Of a stretch of DNA of 64,000 bases, positions 56,246-64,000 are shown one piece after another. The notes under the pieces were generated by a model. It was not told the DNA's origin. It ran no database searches and saw only the letters and a list, made by a program, of their open reading frames with translations. Source of the stretch: Candidatus Acidiferrales bacterium. GTDB lineage: Bacteria > Acidobacteriota > Terriglobia > Acidiferrales > UBA7541. Each line of letters opens with the position of its first letter. The first letter of the stretch is position 1. Where the stretch lies: the NCBI GenBank assembly GCA_036796475.1, contig DAIRCW010000001.1, positions 2,127-66,126 of the forward strand, written 5' to 3'. The position numbers and the translations under genes were made by a program.

Positions 56246-56599
56246 TTACAGCAGCCCTTGCTCCTGCTTTTCCTGGCAGCTAATGCAGTAGCGGGTCCAC
56301 GGCACGGCTTCCAGCCGCTTTTGCTGCAATTCTTGCTGGCACTGGATGCAGAGACCAAATGTTCCTTCGCGAATCCGCATGAGTGCTTCGTCCACCAATT
56401 GAAGCAGCGCGCGGTCGTTATGCGTTTGTCCGAAGAGGAATTCCTTCGTGTAGGAGTTCGCAGCCTTATCGGCAAGATCCACTGTGGGATCTTCATCGGC
56501 TTCGCGGCCTTCTTGCCCGGTGCGCGCGATCGCTTTCAAAAGCTCTTCGCGGCGAGCCTGCAATTTCTTTTTGTAATAATCGAGCCTCTTCTTGTCCAC
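56246..56599 (-). CDS. TraR/DksA-family zinc-finger transcription factor
   Basis: Coiled-coil N-terminus and a C4 finger CIQCQQEL...RYCISCQ. Confidence 0.8.
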   Translation of the reverse strand: MDKKRLDYYKKKLQARREELLKAIARTGQEGREADEDPTVDLADKAANSYTKEFLFGQTHNDRALLQLVDEALMRIREGTFGLCIQCQQELQQKRLEAVPWTRYCISCQEKQEQGLL

Positions 56600-56909
56600 A
56601 GTCGAGGTCCCCAGAGGGCTATAAACCCTCGATAAAATCAGATGATTCTACCGACGCTCACGGATGATGTCAAATCAGCGCGGTTCGAGCCAGTTGGATG
56701 CAGAATGGCGGCTAATGGTCGCGCCATTGATTCGCGAAGCGAACAAATTCCGCTCCTAAAATAGAATTTGAAACTAGGGCGGTTGCCGCATGCTGATGCG
56801 GCTGATAGAATCGTGAGTTTGCGTGATACGCATTGAGCGCCGCCGTGGGCCTCGTTCTGAATTTCCTATGATATAGAGTTCAGGGCCGCGGCCTCGAGGG
56901 GAGAGCAAA

Positions 56910-58307
56910 TTGGCCAAATACGATCTAGCAATTATTGGTAGCGGGCCGGGCGGTTACGTTGCGGCGATCCGCGCCGGCGAGTGGGGATTGAAGACAATTG
57001 TCATCGAAAAAGACCCATTCCTCGGCGGGACTTGCCTGCACGTCGGCTGCATTCCCACGAAGGTGCTGCTGCATCACGCCGATCTCTACGAGGATTTCAA
57101 GCGCGCGTCGGAGTTTGGCTTTGAAGTGGTCGACGTGAAGGTCAACTGGCCCGCGATGATTGCGCGCAAGACGAAGATCGTCAACAAGCACGCCAAAGGA
57201 ATCGAATTTCTCTTCAAGAAGAATAAAGTTGAGCCCATGCAAGGTTGGGGCCGCATCGTGGCTCCCGGACGCGTCTCGGTTGAATCCAATGGGAAGAAAA
57301 CCGAAGTCGAAGCCGCGAATATCATGCTCGCCTCAGGCTCAGACGCGCGCTCGCTGCCGGGCATTACCATCGACAACAAAGACGTTTTGGACAATCGCGG
57401 AATGCTGGACATGCCCGCCATACCGAAATCGCTGGTCGTTGTGGGCGCAGGTGCCGTTGGAGTGGAGTTTGCTTCGATTTACAAAACGTTTGGCACGGAC
57501 GTGACCATCCTCGAAAAACTGCCGCGAATGGTTCCGCTCGAAGACGAAGAAATTTCCGCGGAGCTTGCCAAGGCCTTTCGCAAGCGTGGCATTCGCTTCG
57601 AACTGGAAGCGGGCGTCGAATCAGTGAAGAAGGATGCGAAGGGCGTGAACGTCGCGTTCAAGGACAAATCCGGCAAAGCGCAGACCATCGCCGCCGAAAA
57701 GGTGCTGATTGCTGTCGGTCGGCGGCCAGTGACTGAGAACGTTGGACTGGAAAAGACCAAAGCGAAAGTCGAGCGCGGATTCGTGCACACGACGCCGTTC
57801 ATGGAAACGGCGGAGCCGCACCTTTACGCGATTGGCGATATTGTCGCAGGGCAGCCGCAACTTGCGCACGCCGCCTCCATGGAGGGAATTATTGCGGTCG
57901 GACGCATTGCGGGAAAGCCGGTGCAGCCATTTGACCGCAATCGCTGCCCCAATTGCACCTTCTGCGAGCCGCAGATCGGCTCAGTCGGTTTGACGGAAAA
58001 GCAGGCGCGCGATGCCGGTCACAAGGTGAAGACCGGCAAATTTCCGTTCGTCGGCAACAGCAAATCGTCGATTCTGGGCCGCCATGAAGGGTTTATCAAA
58101 GTCGTCGCCGATGAGAAATATAATGAGATCCTCGGAGTGCATTCGATTGGTTCGCTCTCGACGGAGATTATCGCGGAAGCGACCACCGCCTTGCAGCTTG
58201 AGGGCACCGTTGATGACATGATGTCCATGATTCATGCCCATCCGACAGTGTGGGAAGCGATGGGTGATGCGTTCAATTCTGTGCTCGGCCTGACTATTAA
58301 TGCATGA
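56910..58307 (+). CDS. lpdA: dihydrolipoyl dehydrogenase (E3)
   Basis: GSGPGGY FAD motif, redox-active GGTCLHVGCIPTK, and a C-terminal HAHPT. TTG start with GGGGAG RBS. Confidence 0.93.
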   Translation: MAKYDLAIIGSGPGGYVAAIRAGEWGLKTIVIEKDPFLGGTCLHVGCIPTKVLLHHADLYEDFKRASEFGFEVVDVKVNWPAMIARKTKIVNKHAKGIEFLFKKNKVEPMQGWGRIVAPGRVSVESNGKKTEVEAANIMLASGSDARSLPGITIDNKDVLDNRGMLDMPAIPKSLVVVGAGAVGVEFASIYKTFGTDVTILEKLPRMVPLEDEEISAELAKAFRKRGIRFELEAGVESVKKDAKGVNVAFKDKSGKAQTIAAEKVLIAVGRRPVTENVGLEKTKAKVERGFVHTTPFMETAEPHLYAIGDIVAGQPQLAHAASMEGIIAVGRIAGKPVQPFDRNRCPNCTFCEPQIGSVGLTEKQARDAGHKVKTGKFPFVGNSKSSILGRHEGFIKVVADEKYNEILGVHSIGSLSTEIIAEATTALQLEGTVDDMMSMIHAHPTVWEAMGDAFNSVLGLTINA

Positions 58308-58343
58308 GTGCCGCAAAAAGCACAAAGAGGCTTAGAAGCAAAG

Positions 58344-59093
58344 ATGCAGGAGAACAGAAACATTTGTTGGGTCGTTGACCTAGGGTTGATTCGGTACGAG
58401 CCTGCTTTCGAATTGCAGCGCACTCTCGTGGCGGCGCGCAAGGCGGATGCTGTGCCAGACGTTCTTCTGCTCTGCGAACATCCCCATGTGATTACGCTTG
58501 GACGTAACGGCCATCGCGACAACCTGCTCGCTTCAGCGCATCTGCTGAGGCAGATGAACGTCGAATTTCACGCGACCGACCGAGGCGGCGACATTACTTA
58601 TCACGGCCCAGGACAAATCGTCGGTTATCCCATTTTGAATCTCGCAGCGATTCGGCGTGATATTGGCTGGTACATGCGTCAACTGGAAGAGACGCTGATC
58701 CGCGCGACAGCCGATGTGGGCCTGACCGCCGGACGCCGCGCAGGCATGACCGGAGTCTGGGTAGAGAATGCCGGCAGCCGTGAAGCCGACCCCCTCGAAA
58801 AAATCGCGGCCATCGGCGTCCATCTGAGCCGCTGGATAACCTCGCATGGATTCGCGTATAACGTGTCCACGGATTTGCGCTACTTCGATCTGATTGTTCC
58901 CTGTGGGCTGCAAGGAAAACGCGCGACTTCGCTCGAACGCTTCCTGGGAAGCACAGTTCAGCGTGAGAGAATTTCAGAAGGAATTGTGAAGCATTTTGGC
59001 GAGCTCTTTGGCCGTGAGATGCGTCACGTTTCACGAGCAGTGTTGGAAGAACATTTATCCCGGCAGGAAGCGCTGGCTCATGCGATCGTTTGA
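58344..59093 (+). CDS. lipB: lipoyl(octanoyl) transferase
   Basis: EHPHVITLGR, RGGDITYHGPGQ, and the conserved K/C region PCGL. ATG 58344 is preferred. Confidence 0.9.
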   Translation: MQENRNICWVVDLGLIRYEPAFELQRTLVAARKADAVPDVLLLCEHPHVITLGRNGHRDNLLASAHLLRQMNVEFHATDRGGDITYHGPGQIVGYPILNLAAIRRDIGWYMRQLEETLIRATADVGLTAGRRAGMTGVWVENAGSREADPLEKIAAIGVHLSRWITSHGFAYNVSTDLRYFDLIVPCGLQGKRATSLERFLGSTVQRERISEGIVKHFGELFGREMRHVSRAVLEEHLSRQEALAHAIV

Positions 59094-59177
59094 AAACGCC
59101 AACTCATGGCGAGAAAATCCGGCGTTTCGCGAATCGCTCCGCCGTTGCATAATGGAGGCTCACGCAGGGAGCCATTT

Positions 59178-60458
59178 ATGAGCAATCCGCTCTCCAGGGA
59201 ACAGCACCTCGAACTTTATTACTACATGAAACTCAATCGCTCTCTCGATGAGCAGCTTGTGCGATTGTTCCGCCAGAACGCGGTCGTTGGCGGGCTCTAT
59301 TCCAATCTGGGCCAGGAAGCGACTTCCGTCGGCACTGCGTATGCACTCGAGAAACGCGACTGGATCGCGCCGATGATCCGCAATGTCGGCGGACTTCTGG
59401 TGAAGGGCTACAAGCCGCGCGACATTCTCATGCAATACATGGCGCGCTACGATTCGCCAACGCATGGCAAGGACGGCACAAGCCATTTTGGCGATCTCAA
59501 AGGACGCCACGTGGTCTCGCCGATTTCCATGCTTGGCGATCTTGTGCCGGTAATGACCGGCGTGGCGATTGCCGGGCGTTACCTCGGGCAAAATATCGTC
59601 GCGATGACCTGGGTGGGTGATGGCGCGACTTCCACCGGCGCGTTTCACGAAGGCCTGAATTTTGCCGCCACGCAGAAGGCGCCACTGGTGCTTGTCGTCG
59701 AGAACAATCAGTGGGCCTATTCCACTCCTGTCTCCAAGCAGGTGCCCATTCATGACCTCGCAGATCGCGCCAAAGCTTACGGCATCGCGAGTTCGATTGT
59801 GGATGGCAACGACGTGGTCGCCGTTTATCAGACGGCCAAAGAAGCTGTCGAGCGCTGCCGCGCGGGCAAAGGCCCAGTGCTCATCGAATCGAAAACCATG
59901 CGCATGAAAGGCCACGCGCAGCACGATCCCGCTGAATACGTTCCCAAGGAAATGTTTTCCTACTGGGAGGCACGCGACCCGATTGCGCGGTATGAAAAAT
60001 ATCTCACCGAGAACGGAATCTGGGACGAGAAAGCCAAAGCCGCTCTCGATGCCCGCATTGAAAAAGAATTGAAGGAGGAGCTCGAATTCGCCGAGAAATC
60101 GCCGCTGCCCCCGCCGGAACTCGCCGAACAGGGTGTTTACTGCGAGGGATGCCACACGGTTGAAGCGGAATGGAAGCGCCCCAAGAAAGAAGTGATGCCG
60201 CCGCAAGCGAGCGTCAAGCCGGAGTGGGAAGTCGCGGATTTCGGCGGATTCGATCTGCCAGCGGCAATGACTAAGCAGGCTGCCGCAGGCGCGGGGAACG
60301 GCGGAAAGCCAGCCGCCACGGCATCGTCTTCCAAAGCAAACGGGCAAAAGCCAGCGCAAAAGTCGAACGGACGGCCGGAAAAATCGGCCGAAAAAACAAA
60401 AATTGCGGAGCGCGTTCCTTTCGGTCGCGGCCCCAAAGGCAAAGCGGGGAGGAAATAA
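59178..60458 (+). CDS. 2-oxoacid dehydrogenase E1 component alpha subunit (TPP-dependent) with ~100-aa Lys-rich C-terminal tail
   Basis: TPP motif GDGATSTGAFHEGLNFA...ENNQWA. ATG 59178 has a GGGAG RBS. The TAATG junction overlaps the beta subunit start. Confidence 0.88.
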   Translation: MSNPLSREQHLELYYYMKLNRSLDEQLVRLFRQNAVVGGLYSNLGQEATSVGTAYALEKRDWIAPMIRNVGGLLVKGYKPRDILMQYMARYDSPTHGKDGTSHFGDLKGRHVVSPISMLGDLVPVMTGVAIAGRYLGQNIVAMTWVGDGATSTGAFHEGLNFAATQKAPLVLVVENNQWAYSTPVSKQVPIHDLADRAKAYGIASSIVDGNDVVAVYQTAKEAVERCRAGKGPVLIESKTMRMKGHAQHDPAEYVPKEMFSYWEARDPIARYEKYLTENGIWDEKAKAALDARIEKELKEELEFAEKSPLPPPELAEQGVYCEGCHTVEAEWKRPKKEVMPPQASVKPEWEVADFGGFDLPAAMTKQAAAGAGNGGKPAATASSSKANGQKPAQKSNGRPEKSAEKTKIAERVPFGRGPKGKAGRK

Positions 60459-61429
60459 TGCCGGTCACTATGCTCGAAGCCATTCGCCAGGCGATTTTCG
60501 AGGAGATGGAGCGCGATCCCGCGGTCGTCTCGATCGGCGAAGACATTGGCGTTTATGGCGGCGCGTTCAAAGTCACCGCAGGCCTGCTCGAACGGTTTGG
60601 CTGGGAGCGCGTCATTGACACTCCTATCAGCGAAACCGCGATTATCGGTGCCGCCGTAGGCATGAGTTATCAGGGACTGCGGCCCATCGCCGAATTGCAG
60701 TTCATTGATTTCATCGCTTGCTGTTTCAATCAGATCACCAATTTCGTCGCTAAATCGCATTACCGCTGGGGCGCTCCGGTGCCGATGGTCATGCGCGGGC
60801 CTTCGGGCGGAGGCGTTCATGGCGGGCCGTTCCATTCGGCGAATCCGGAGATGTATTTCGTTCACACCCCGGGACTGAAAGTGATTTATCCCTCGACCGC
60901 CTACGATGCCAAAGGCCTTTTGAAGTCCGCCATTCGTGATAACAATCCTGTGCTTTTCCTCGAGCACAAATTTCTTTACCGCCGCATCAAGGAAGAACTT
61001 CCCAACGACGATTACACCGTGCCCATCGGCAAAGCCATTGTTCGCCGCGAAGGCCGCGACCTGACCATCGTGACGTATGCAGCGATGATGCACACTTCGC
61101 TCGAAGCCGCGGAAGAACTCGCCAAGGAAGGCATCGACGCCGAAGTCGTCGACTTGCGCACGTTGCTGCCGCTGGACAAAGAAACGATTCTGCAGTCAGT
61201 AAAGAAGACCAACAAACTGCTCATCGTCCACGAAGACACCAAAACGGGCGGTATTGCCGGAGAAATTGCTGCGGTTGCCTGCGAAGGCGCATTCGAAGAT
61301 CTCGACGGCCCGATTCTCCGCGTCACCGCCAAAGATTCGCCGGTTCCGTTTTCGCCGCCGCTCGAAGAGCGCTTTCTGCCGAACAAAAACGACGTGCTCG
61401 CCGCGGCGCGCGAGCTGGCTCGATATTGA
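60458..61429 (+). CDS. 2-oxoacid dehydrogenase E1 component beta subunit
   Basis: Typical MPVTMLEAIRQA...GEDIG.YGGAFKVT...DTPISE... layout. Confidence 0.93.
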   Translation: MPVTMLEAIRQAIFEEMERDPAVVSIGEDIGVYGGAFKVTAGLLERFGWERVIDTPISETAIIGAAVGMSYQGLRPIAELQFIDFIACCFNQITNFVAKSHYRWGAPVPMVMRGPSGGGVHGGPFHSANPEMYFVHTPGLKVIYPSTAYDAKGLLKSAIRDNNPVLFLEHKFLYRRIKEELPNDDYTVPIGKAIVRREGRDLTIVTYAAMMHTSLEAAEELAKEGIDAEVVDLRTLLPLDKETILQSVKKTNKLLIVHEDTKTGGIAGEIAAVACEGAFEDLDGPILRVTAKDSPVPFSPPLEERFLPNKNDVLAAARELARY

Positions 61430-61448
61430 GTTCTCAAGGAGAGAAGAA

Positions 61449-62870
61449 ATGGCCACGGATGTCATCATGCCCCAGATGGGGGAAAGCATTTTCGAAGGCA
61501 CCATCACCAAATGGCTGAAGAAGCCGGGTGAAAAAGTCGAACGCGACGAGCCGCTCTTCGAAATTTCCACGGATAAAGTGGATGCGGAGATTCCGTCGCC
61601 CGCTGCCGGCATCCTCAAAGAAATCAAAGTCAACGAAGGGCAGACGGTTCCGATTCAAACGGTTGTCGGCGTGATTGACGGCGGTGGAGGCGCAGCGGCG
61701 TCCGCGCCTGCTCCATCGAAGGCCGCGGCGCAGCAGGAGACTCGCCAGCGCCAGGATGAGAAACCCGCGCCCGCTTCCGCCCCGAGCAAACCGGAAGCGG
61801 CCAGGGCCGATTCCGCAAAAGCAGTCAGCGCTCAAGCGCCTGCCGCGCCGCAGCCCGCTCCGCGGCCCCAAATCGTTCCACCGTCAGCTTCAGCCCCTCA
61901 ACGCCCGAGTGGCGAAAAAATCCGCAGTTCCCCGCTGGTGCGTCGCCTCGCGCGCGAGAACAACGTGGACCTGTCGCAGATTCCCGGTACAGGAGCTGGC
62001 GGACGCGTCAGCAAGCGCGACATCATGTCCGCCATCGAAGGCGGCGGCGCGCAGCAAGCTCCTGCGTACGCGCCTTCCGCTCACCGCCCCTCCGCCGCGC
62101 CGCCTCCGCCATCCGCAGGAGGCCAGGCCGCTCACGCATTGCTCGAAACCGCCGTGCCGCGCGAACGCATGTACTTCGGCAGTTACAGCGTCGAACCTAT
62201 GTCCGTGATGCGGCAGAAAATCGCCGAGCACATGGTGCTTTCGAAGCGCGTTTCTCCGCACGTGTATTCGATTGATGAAGCCGACGTCACTGGATTAGTG
62301 AAGCTGCGCAGTCAGAAAAAAGAAGAGTTCGAACGCTCGACCGGTTCAAAACTCACCTTCATGCCGTTCTTCATCCGCGCCGCGGTCGAATCGTTACGCG
62401 CGTATCCCACGGTCAATTCCTCGGTGGATGGCACGAACATCGTTTTCCATCGCGAATGCAATATCGGCATCGCCGTGGCGCTCGATTGGGGGCTGATTGT
62501 TCCGGTGGTCAAAAACGCGGAAGAGAAAAATTTCCTCGGCCTGCAGCGCGCCATCAACGATCTGGCCGAGCGCGCCCGTTCCAAGCGCCTGAAGCCGGAG
62601 GAAGTTCAGGAAGGAACATTCTCGATTACCAACCCCGGCGTTTTCGGCGGATTGATGGGCCTCCCGGTCATCAGCCAGCCCAACGTCGCCATTCTCGGCC
62701 TCGGCACCATCGAGAAGCGCCCGGTGGTTGTAGATGACGCCATCGCCATTCGCTCAATGGTTTATCTCACGCTGAGCTATGATCATCGTGTTGTGGATGG
62801 CGCTATCGCCCATCAGTTCATGGGCAAGATCAAGCACTTCCTCGAGAACTGGAGCGAAAGCATTCTGTAG
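61449..62870 (+). CDS. dihydrolipoamide acyltransferase (E2): lipoyl domain, E3/E1-binding domain, catalytic domain
   Basis: Lipoyl motif EISTDKVDAEIPSP, Ala/Pro linker, PSBD SSPLVRRLARENNVDLSQIPGTGAGGRV, and catalytic SYDHRVVDG. Confidence 0.92.
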   Translation: MATDVIMPQMGESIFEGTITKWLKKPGEKVERDEPLFEISTDKVDAEIPSPAAGILKEIKVNEGQTVPIQTVVGVIDGGGGAAASAPAPSKAAAQQETRQRQDEKPAPASAPSKPEAARADSAKAVSAQAPAAPQPAPRPQIVPPSASAPQRPSGEKIRSSPLVRRLARENNVDLSQIPGTGAGGRVSKRDIMSAIEGGGAQQAPAYAPSAHRPSAAPPPPSAGGQAAHALLETAVPRERMYFGSYSVEPMSVMRQKIAEHMVLSKRVSPHVYSIDEADVTGLVKLRSQKKEEFERSTGSKLTFMPFFIRAAVESLRAYPTVNSSVDGTNIVFHRECNIGIAVALDWGLIVPVVKNAEEKNFLGLQRAINDLAERARSKRLKPEEVQEGTFSITNPGVFGGLMGLPVISQPNVAILGLGTIEKRPVVVDDAIAIRSMVYLTLSYDHRVVDGAIAHQFMGKIKHFLENWSESIL

Positions 62871-62892
62871 AGTTCCCCAGCCAGTCTCTCCG

Positions 62893-62927
62893 ACGGGGCG
62901 GAATCGCTCTTCCGCCCCGTTTTTTTG
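62893..62927 (+). terminator. rho-independent terminator of the dehydrogenase operon
   Basis: ACGGGGCGGAA-tcgctc-TTCCGCCCCGT followed by T7. Confidence 0.8.
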
Positions 62928-62956
62928 TTTGTGGATATTCGGCGTTCGCGGCGCTT

Positions 62957-63760
62957 CTATTGCAACCGCATGCGCAGGCGCTCGGCGAACATTTCCACCT
63001 GCGGCAGCGGAACCACCGTGATTTTCTGCTCGTCAAAGAGCCGGGCAATGAACTGATGCCGCGCATTTTCGGCGAGCGGCGCGACTTCTGTAATCGCGGT
63101 GAACTCCGAATTCGCCTGCCGCGCGCGAATGCACTCCGCCGTGTACGCAATCACCTTGGCCTGAGCCGGGTCGCGGCCTAACGATAGTGCCTGCACGTAC
63201 CCGCGCGTGCCGTTGTACCGATAGCCGAAATCAATCCGCAGGGGATCGCCCGGCTGGGTGAACTGCTCAGCACGGACGCCGCGCTCCATTCGGGCGAGAA
63301 TGCGGTGCCGCCGGAAAACGTCGCTCAATTTCATGCGAATCCACGCGCGCGTGTTCTCCAGAATTCCGCCTCCGCGTCCGGTTCTCGCCGGAACCGCGAC
63401 GTGTTTCTGGTACAGACGGTCGAGCTCTTCATCAAAATCCGCGCTTGCCGTGCCCATCGCCGGGCTCAGCTGTACCGCATTGGAATAGCTCTGGTCGATT
63501 TTTTGAATCCACGCCGTACTCGCTCCGGTTGCCGCCAGTTCCGACCGAAAAAATGACGGAAGATCGCGCAGAATTCTGTCGTCGGCGTCCGGATGCAGCC
63601 TCTTCACGCGCACCATTTCCGCTTCTTCTTGAATCACCCGTACGCGAGCGCGCTTCTTTTCAGGGTCCTCAAGCACGACACCAATATTCACCCACTCATC
63701 ACGCAGCAAATTCGGGCCATACCGCAGAATTCGGTAAGCCAGCATGTTTTGCTCAGCCAT
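62957..63760 (-). CDS. DUF3037-like protein
   Basis: The N-terminus AYRILRYGPNLLRDEWVNIGVVLEDP matches my recollection of the DUF3037 signature (Y..lR..P....dE..NIGVvl). The start lies 3 nt after the stop of the upstream gene. Confidence 0.6.
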   Translation of the reverse strand: MAEQNMLAYRILRYGPNLLRDEWVNIGVVLEDPEKKRARVRVIQEEAEMVRVKRLHPDADDRILRDLPSFFRSELAATGASTAWIQKIDQSYSNAVQLSPAMGTASADFDEELDRLYQKHVAVPARTGRGGGILENTRAWIRMKLSDVFRRHRILARMERGVRAEQFTQPGDPLRIDFGYRYNGTRGYVQALSLGRDPAQAKVIAYTAECIRARQANSEFTAITEVAPLAENARHQFIARLFDEQKITVVPLPQVEMFAERLRMRLQ

Positions 63761-63763
63761 GTT

Positions 63764-64000
63764 TCACGTCCAGTTGGGAAAAGGCGCCCGCGAGGAATTT
63801 TTCGCGCCCAAAATGAGCTCGCGAATCTGCTTGCGTCTTCCGAGCAGCTTTTCCAGCAAACAATAGAGCGCGTCTTGATCGAAATTGTACCATTCGGGCG
63901 GAATCTCCCGGGCAATCTCATCGAGCACGCTCTCTCCTATCCGTTCCGCGCGCTCGATCCACAGATCGAACGATTCCCAGCCGCGCACCTGCTCGTAAAC
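63764..64000 (-). CDS. 3' end of a gene continuing beyond the window; possibly HipA-like kinase partner of DUF3037
   Basis: The frame is open to the window end. Only ~78 C-terminal residues are visible. Assignment rests on the remembered HipA-family/DUF3037 gene pairing, not on visible kinase motifs. Confidence 0.35.
   Translation of the reverse strand, partial: VYEQVRGWESFDLWIERAERIGESVLDEIAREIPPEWYNFDQDALYCLLEKLLGRRKQIRELILGAKNSSRAPFPNWT

Noticed and set aside
59160-61093. Minus-strand ORFs of 399 aa and 318 aa opposite the E1alpha and E1beta genes.
   Set aside because: These are shadow ORFs. The plus strand encodes canonical TPP-dependent E1 subunits.
61254-61448. A long N-terminal extension of the E2 ORF that overlaps the end of the E1beta gene.
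   Set aside because: The extension is Arg/Ser-rich nonsense read in an alternative frame of E1beta. ATG 61449 gives the canonical lipoyl-domain start, MATDVIMPQMGESI.

Overview
This is a GC-rich, densely coding chromosomal window with about 55 protein genes and one tRNA-Leu(CAG). I found no rRNA, transposase, integrase, prophage or CRISPR array. All functional calls come from reading the supplied translations for motifs and architecture; no database search was possible. The gene repertoire (many secreted beta-propeller and Ig-repeat proteins, an S9 peptidase, multiheme cytochromes) suggests an Acidobacteriota-like soil bacterium, but that is inference only.

Most of the window is housekeeping:
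- MacB-type permease plus HlyD adaptor, glgX, and an S9 dipeptidyl peptidase
- lon, cca, a PP2C phosphatase, dinB, and prfA-prmC
- a Rieske oxygenase, an SDR, ffh, an MFS transporter, and nagA
- a heat-shock cluster, hsp20-clpB-htpX
- rlmI-like, queA, comF, and a DksA/TraR-like gene
- a 2-oxoacid dehydrogenase operon, lpdA-lipB-E1alpha-E1beta-E2

The stand-outs are:
1. A minus-strand operon (3810-7352) joins an ImcH-like membrane multiheme cytochrome, an 11-heme cytochrome c and an FdnI/HydC-type cytochrome b. The cytochrome b is cut by a single in-frame TAG.
2. A plus-strand cluster (34292-38174) encodes a decaheme MtrA/MtoA-like cytochrome, an ~847-aa MtrB/PioB-like outer-membrane barrel and a small monoheme cytochrome c. 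This is a porin-cytochrome conduit with an Mto-like component set. Together, items 1 and 2 could form a complete quinone-pool-to-cell-surface electron route.
3. A MerR-linked periplasmic module (27074-30834) carries an unusual Cys-rich rhodanese, two YncE/YVTN propellers and a CPM-motif secreted protein. Two perfect 15-nt palindromes sit in front of the merR gene.
4. A tight three-gene unit (51721-54482) ends in an uncharacterised 499-aa protein with a clear C-terminal PD-(D/E)xK...QxxxY nuclease signature.
5. A DUF3037-like gene is coupled to a HipA-like kinase fragment at the right edge of the window.

Several small repeats and palindromes, plus promoter and terminator candidates, are also listed. 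Long antisense shadow ORFs were rejected.
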